Part shown: positions 34,400 to 38,388 of the stretch, one piece after another | Layout of the letters: every line of letters begins with the position of its first letter | How positions within the stretch are numbered: the stretch's first letter is position 1 | IMG/VR virus record: IMGVR_UViG_3300026962_000010 | Span: 1-38,388 of that record | From: a virus | Lineage: Duplodnaviria; Caudoviricetes | DNA length: 38,388 nt | Direction: 5' to 3' (one strand) | Program-made: the position numbers and the translations under genes | Notes under the pieces: generated by a model | The model's database searches: none | Seen by the model: only the letters and a program-made list of their open reading frames with translations | What the model was told of the DNA's origin: nothing

Positions 34400-34619
34400 C
34401 GCCGTTCTCCTCGCCGCCCTGGAGATCCTGCGCGGCGTCGACGCCCTGGCCCATCGCGTCGCCCCAGAGGTAGTAGCCGGCGCCGATCGCGATCGCGGCA
34501 GCGGTCAGCAGGATCAGCGTGTCGGGCTCGCGACCGGCCCACTCCATCGCGAGGTACGTCGCGATGAACGCCAGGAGGACGAGCCCGGCGACGATCGTCC
34601 GGATCGGTCGGGTGCGCAT
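34392..34619 (-). CDS. Small 2-TM protein (holin-like by size and position)
   Basis: 75 aa, basic N-terminus, two hydrophobic helices, acidic tail. Confidence 0.68.
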   Translation of the reverse strand: MRTRPIRTIVAGLVLLAFIATYLAMEWAGREPDTLILLTAAAIAIGAGYYLWGDAMGQGVDAAQDLQGGEENGDG

Positions 34620-34622
34620 CGG

Positions 34623-34907
34623 CTAGTTCTCTTGCCCGTCGTTGTTCGTCGGCGTCTCTTGCATCAGGAGGTACTCCGCGACCTCCGGGCCGCTGAGTAT
34701 CACGGCGATCAGGGCGAACGCGTTCAGTGGCGGTGCGCCCAGATGCATCGCGTAGACGCCGGCGCCGACCGCCACGAGCTGCGTGATCGCCTTGATGATC
34801 TTGTAGGTGCGGAAACTCATCCCGAAGGTACTCCTCAGCGTGTTGTCGAGTCGGTCGTTACAGTCTCGGATATCGGACCCGAGGGTGCGGTGATCGTTGG
34901 TGGCCAT
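34623..34907 (-). CDS. Small 2-TM membrane protein
   Basis: MATNDH...KIIKAITQLVAVGAGVYAMHLGAPPLNAFALIAVILSGPE; ATG 34907. Confidence 0.72.
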   Translation of the reverse strand: MATNDHRTLGSDIRDCNDRLDNTLRSTFGMSFRTYKIIKAITQLVAVGAGVYAMHLGAPPLNAFALIAVILSGPEVAEYLLMQETPTNNDGQEN

Positions 34908-34928
34908 AGGGTCATGCAGGTCGTCGAA

Positions 34929-35116
34929 GGGCCGCCTGGGGAGTTGCACCCCGCGCTCGGAGAGCGCACTGGGAGCGGCCGAGGCGGCGGGCAGGAGTGC
35001 CGGACGCGACCACACGCGGGGTCTTGGGTTCGCCGTATGTTGGGGCTAGCCCGCCGCTCGTCGAGCGATGCAGACCCTCGGCCTCCTCCGTTCGGGAGTC
35101 CAGACGGCGTCATCGG
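34929..35116 (-). ncRNA. Candidate structured RNA ending in a tRNA-like mini-element
   Basis: Non-coding gap with multiple perfect complementary arms and a GGGG-UGCAACU-CCCC T-arm mimic (see findings). Confidence 0.55.
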
Positions 35117-35123
35117 GGCTGGC

Positions 35124-35300
35124 TCAGGCAACGTCGGGGTCGATCGGCTCGACGTCGTCGGCGTCGACGCCGAAGCGGTGGCCCGCGATCTCGACGCTGT
35201 AGATCACCGTCCCGTCGGCGCGGGTGTCCACGTCGACGACGTCGGCGACGCGCTCCTCGCGCTGGAGTGGCGAACAGCGGACACGGTGGGGGTAAGGCAT
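35124..35300 (-). CDS. Small beta-rich (SH3-like) protein (58 aa)
   Basis: MPYPHRVRCSPLQREERVADVVDVDTRADGTVIYSVEIAGHRFGVDADDVEPI. Confidence 0.65.
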   Translation of the reverse strand: MPYPHRVRCSPLQREERVADVVDVDTRADGTVIYSVEIAGHRFGVDADDVEPIDPDVA

Positions 35301-35302
35301 GG

Positions 35303-35389
35303 TCAGTCGGAGAGGTCGAAGAGGTCGGTCCACGGGACGACGTGCTCGAGCTCGTAACAGCGGAGTCGGCGGTGGGCGTGTTCGCTCAT
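35303..35389 (-). CDS. Possible 28-aa peptide
   Basis: MSEHAHRRLRCYELEHVVPWTDLFDLSD; ATGA overlap with the upstream stop. Confidence 0.4.
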   Translation of the reverse strand: MSEHAHRRLRCYELEHVVPWTDLFDLSD

Positions 35390-35859
35390 GGGCGTGCGGC
35401 GGTCGGGGTGGCGTCGGGGACGTCGACGACGGCGTCACTCGCGGCGGCGGTCGCGAACGCCTGGTTGACGACGTCCTTCTGGTGCGGGCCGACCGGCTCG
35501 GGGAGCTCGGCGACGACGGCGTCGGCGAACGCCCGGGTGTCGACGCGGTAGCCCTTCGCGCGGAGCGTGTCGATCGCCGCGAGGATCAGCGCCTTGCGTC
35601 GATCGGCGTCGAGATCGCGCGCGTCCCAGATGCGGCCGTAGGCGCTGTCGACGCCACAGTCGCAGAACGTCGTCCCGGCGTCGTGGACCACGGGGCCAGG
35701 GACGTCCTCGACGGAGGTCTGCCAGCGGCAGCGCTCCGAATAGGTTTCCGTGGTGTCGTTGTACTTGTCGCCCGGCTTCTGCACTTCGCGCCGCTGGCGG
35801 GCGAAGCAGTTCGAACAGGTATCGCTGGCGCTGAGGATCTCGCTTTGGAAGATGGGCAT
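35386..35859 (-). CDS. Zn-binding hypothetical protein heading the putative late unit
   Basis: CSNCF...FCDCG; ATG 35859 (GTG 35886 alternative). Confidence 0.72.
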   Translation of the reverse strand: MPIFQSEILSASDTCSNCFARQRREVQKPGDKYNDTTETYSERCRWQTSVEDVPGPVVHDAGTTFCDCGVDSAYGRIWDARDLDADRRKALILAAIDTLRAKGYRVDTRAFADAVVAELPEPVGPHQKDVVNQAFATAAASDAVVDVPDATPTAARP

Positions 35860-35886
35860 GGAAACAGGAACTGCAGGAGTGGCCAC

Positions 35887-36000
35887 GGCCCCACTCTCGG
35901 GTTGGTCACGAACTGGTCGGCTGCTGGTCTGTAGGAGTTACCGAAACGAGTGCGTCGGGATGCTTAACTCATCGCCTTGCCCCGAATCTCGGGGCAACCG
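35887..36000 (-). promoter_or_regulatory. Candidate late promoter region with hairpins
   Basis: Minus strand: TTGCCC..GGGCAA hairpin, CGATGA-GTTAAG TATA-like word, GAGTTA/TAACTC inverted repeat. Confidence 0.45.
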
Positions 36001-36225
36001 TCAGGTGTCGAGCTCGTAGCGGTGGCCGCGGGCATCCGCCCAGCGTTGGGTGACCTCGAGCAGGCCCGCCTCGCCGAGCCGCAGGAGTGCATCGTCGACG
36101 GTGGACTCCGGCGCGGCGGTGATCTCGACCAGCTCCGGCTGGGTGCAGGGGCCGCGCTCTTGGAGGACGTGGGCGACGTGGCGGGCCGCCGGCGGGAGGT
36201 CGGCGTCGACGGTGAGTGGCTCCAT
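36001..36225 (-). CDS. Winged-helix (MarR/TrmB-like) regulator
   Basis: LPPAARHVAHVLQERGPCTQPEL......STVDDALLRL...GLL......DAR...Y. Confidence 0.85.
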   Translation of the reverse strand: MEPLTVDADLPPAARHVAHVLQERGPCTQPELVEITAAPESTVDDALLRLGEAGLLEVTQRWADARGHRYELDT

Positions 36226-36434
36226 CAGTCGAGGTCCTCCAGGGCAGGCATGGTCGAGCAGCAGTTCGCCTGCCGGGCGCATTTCTCCTCGGCTTCGGCG
36301 ACGGTCATCTCGACGACCTCGTCGGCGTGGGTCTCGGGGGTGTGGCAGTCCTCCCGGGCGTGCCAGATCGGTGGGCCGCACTCCGATCGCTCGAGCTTCT
36401 TGCGCGAGACGTAGGCCGGAGCGTCGTCACGCAT
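36225..36434 (-). CDS. Small putative metal-binding protein
   Basis: IWHAREDC...CARQANCC; resembles 3698..3952. Confidence 0.62.
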   Translation of the reverse strand: MRDDAPAYVSRKKLERSECGPPIWHAREDCHTPETHADEVVEMTVAEAEEKCARQANCCSTMPALEDLD

Positions 36435-36822
36435 CGGCGCCGAACACCTCCAGGACGACCACCCGCGCGGGCTCGAGCAGGTCGTGATCCAGCGTCACCG
36501 CCGCCGGGTCGAAGACGATCACGTGGTCGTCGGTCCCGTAGTTCCGGAGCACCTGCCCGTCGGCCTGGACCAGCACCGTTTCCAGTGCCCGCTCGCGCTC
36601 GAGGTAGGTCGCGTCGGGGTGGGCGCCTGGCGTCGTCGCCATCGCCTCGAGGATCTCGGTGTCGATCAGGCAGAGTGGGCGGCCGTCGACGTAGCGATCG
36701 TCGTCGACGACAGCCTGGCGCGTCCGGAGGATGATGTCCCCCGGGGCCACGTCCGGGATGTAGAGTGCGTCGTCGTGCTCCTGGGCAGCGTCGACGAGCT
36801 CCCAGGCGTCGAACAGCGACAT
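36427..36822 (-). CDS. Hypothetical protein (131 aa)
   Basis: MSLFDAWELVD...; acidic part of the long ORF, coupled. Confidence 0.7.
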   Translation of the reverse strand: MSLFDAWELVDAAQEHDDALYIPDVAPGDIILRTRQAVVDDDRYVDGRPLCLIDTEILEAMATTPGAHPDATYLERERALETVLVQADGQVLRNYGTDDHVIVFDPAAVTLDHDLLEPARVVVLEVFGADA

Positions 36823-37235
36823 CAGCCGAACACCTCCTCGAGGGTTCGGCCGGGCAGGTCGGCCTGCCGGACCGAGTAGTTGCCCCCGTCGGTCTCGTGG
36901 AGCTCGCCGAGCGCAAAGACGTGCCACTGGTCGTGACTGTTGAAGCTGGGGCGGATCACTACCCACGCCCCGGCGCCGGCACGGTTGGCCGCCTCCGCCA
37001 GTTCGTGGATCTCCGACTCGTCGATGTGGGCCGTGCCGTCGGCGGCGGCCTTGAGTTCGATCATGGCCACGCGGGAGCGGGTTATCGGTGGCTCGGTGCG
37101 GGCTGCGATCACGTCCGGCCGAGCGCGGTCGGTCGCCGCGCCGCTGGATCCAGTCCGCTGGGCGTACCAGCCCGCCTCGTCCTCGAGCCAGTTCGAGAGC
37201 TCCCGCTCGGCTTTCGAGCCCTTCTGGGAGCTCAT
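36822..37235 (-). CDS. hjc: Archaeal Holliday junction resolvase (Hjc family)
   Basis: KGSKAEREL...R..SSG...PDVIA...IELK PD-(D/E)xK motif; ATG 37235. Confidence 0.92.
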   Translation of the reverse strand: MSSQKGSKAERELSNWLEDEAGWYAQRTGSSGAATDRARPDVIAARTEPPITRSRVAMIELKAAADGTAHIDESEIHELAEAANRAGAGAWVVIRPSFNSHDQWHVFALGELHETDGGNYSVRQADLPGRTLEEVFG

Positions 37236-37426
37236 CAGGCGAGCACCTCCCTTCCTGTCTTCTTGTTCCGCCACCCGACGGTGTCACCACAGCTCGGGCA
37301 GTAGCGCGGGAGGTCGTTCGGCATGGACTCCTCAGGCGCGCAGTATACGTCGCCGCAGTCCAAACACATCCAATCCTCCGCATGGACCTCTTCGCCAGTT
37401 CCCGAGTCATCGACATCGTCGCTCAC
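37235..37426 (-). CDS. Small CPxCG zinc-finger protein
   Basis: CLDCG...YCPSCG. Confidence 0.72.
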   Translation of the reverse strand: MSDDVDDSGTGEEVHAEDWMCLDCGDVYCAPEESMPNDLPRYCPSCGDTVGWRNKKTGREVLA

Positions 37427-37761
37427 CGCAGGTCACCCCCGAACAGGTCCTCGGCCGTCGTGTCCGACTCGATCGCCTCCGGATCCACGTCGACGCCGGC
37501 GTCGCGCCCGTCGACGAACGCCGGGTGGTCGCCGCCCATCGCCTCGGCGGCGCCGATCGCCCAGTCCACCTGCGAGGGCGTCAGCCCCGTGTTCCGCACG
37601 AACGCCGCCTCGAGCGTGTGGGCCATCGGGCCCGAGAGCCATGCCTGCTGGTTGTACTGGTAGAGCTCCACGAGCAACTGGTTGAGCGGCGTCGGGTAGG
37701 TCCGCATCAGGCTCGCGACGATGTCGTCGTCGCCCTCATCCGCGCCGGCGGCGCTACTCAT
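37423..37761 (-). CDS. Hypothetical protein (112 aa)
   Basis: MSSAAGADEGDDDIVASLMRTYPTPLNQLL...; SD GGAGGTG upstream. Confidence 0.68.
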   Translation of the reverse strand: MSSAAGADEGDDDIVASLMRTYPTPLNQLLVELYQYNQQAWLSGPMAHTLEAAFVRNTGLTPSQVDWAIGAAEAMGGDHPAFVDGRDAGVDVDPEAIESDTTAEDLFGGDLR

Positions 37762-38371
37762 CGTCCTCACCTCCGTCGAAGTCCGCCAGCGGCCGAGCGT
37801 AGATCGTCGCGTCACACCGACACGAGCCCTCGCAGTCGGGACACGGCGCGTCGTCGTGGACGGCGTAGTACTCCTCCACCGTCGCGACGGCGTGGAAGTC
37901 GAACGCCTCGAACAGCGGGCGGCTGTCGTGGTGGCCGTCGCGGTGCCACGAGATGCCGACGACGCCGTCGACGTCCATCGCGGCAAGCCACTCGAGCCGA
38001 TGCCGGACCAGTTCGGTGCCGACGCCCTGGCTCTCGTACTCCTCGTCGACGACCAGCATGTGGTGGATGCCCGTCCGCTCCCACGGCTCGAAGTCGACGT
38101 CGACCTCGATGTAGTCCTTGGCGTACTCGCGGTCGACGATCGTCGCGATTGCGAACCCGGCGATCGTGAGCGCGCTGGGTTTCAGGACGAACCCCTGCGT
38201 GGGTTGGTCCACGTCGACCCGCGCGTCGTGCAGCCACTGGTCGGCGTGCTCTTCGACGGCGCCGAAGCGGTCCAGCCACAGCTCGCGGCAGCGGCTCTGG
38301 TGGCACTCCTGGAGCGGGACGATCATCGGGTAGTCCGGCGAGACCGTGTCGACGCGATCACTCATCGTCAT
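37754..38371 (-). CDS. GNAT-family N-acetyltransferase with C-terminal Cys cluster
   Basis: LVVDEEYESQGVGTEL acetyl-CoA motif A, LFEAFDF, CPDC..SCRC. Confidence 0.85.
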   Translation of the reverse strand: MTMSDRVDTVSPDYPMIVPLQECHQSRCRELWLDRFGAVEEHADQWLHDARVDVDQPTQGFVLKPSALTIAGFAIATIVDREYAKDYIEVDVDFEPWERTGIHHMLVVDEEYESQGVGTELVRHRLEWLAAMDVDGVVGISWHRDGHHDSRPLFEAFDFHAVATVEEYYAVHDDAPCPDCEGSCRCDATIYARPLADFDGGEDDE

Positions 38372-38388
38372 CGGTCACCTCCTGCAGC

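Larger units (their letters stand above)
1421..38388. mobile_element. Integrated haloarchaeal tailed virus (siphovirus-like provirus), right end beyond window
   Basis: att remnant, integrase, full head and long non-contractile tail gene order, Hjc, and many small translationally coupled ORFs. Confidence 0.95.

Noticed and set aside
34623-35015. 130-aa version of the membrane protein covering the tRNA-like element
   Set aside because: The N-terminal extension is P/A/S/R-rich and atypical; ATG 34907 gives a compact 2-TM protein
35925-35980. Hammerhead ribozyme (GATGA and GAAA words)
   Set aside because: The two core words lie on opposite strands and the required three stems are absent

Overview
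High-GC haloarchaeal DNA with acidic proteins. The first ~1.4 kb is host chromosome: a DUF5827-like gene and an HpcH/HpaI aldolase. From ~1421 to the right edge the window is an integrated tailed provirus (Caudoviricetes, siphovirus-type, no sheath gene). It begins at a 22-nt duplicated tRNA 3' end (att site) next to a tyrosine integrase. Next come two leftward operons of small, often Zn-binding proteins, each with a divergent control region (a head-to-head AbrB/MazE pair at ~7 kb and a second regulator at ~11.7 kb), plus membrane/secreted accessory genes (CAP-domain protein, Tat lipoprotein with DUF4352 domains). A complete minus-strand morphogenesis operon follows: TerS, TerL, portal, gp7/MuF, protease/scaffold, capsid, head-tail joining, tail tube, frameshifted chaperone, tape measure, tail tip and a low-GC LamG adhesin. 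Middle genes (wHTH, Hjc resolvase, GNAT) lie at the right end, and the provirus continues past the window. The most interesting unexplained signals are: (i) a ~200-nt structured non-coding segment ending in a tRNA-like mini-element directly upstream of a candidate lysis cassette (two 2-TM proteins plus a Cys-His-Asp protein); (ii) a 35-nt intergenic motif repeated ahead of late genes; (iii) an 18-aa peptide module shared by two otherwise unrelated early proteins. All product calls come from motif recognition and gene order, not database searches.
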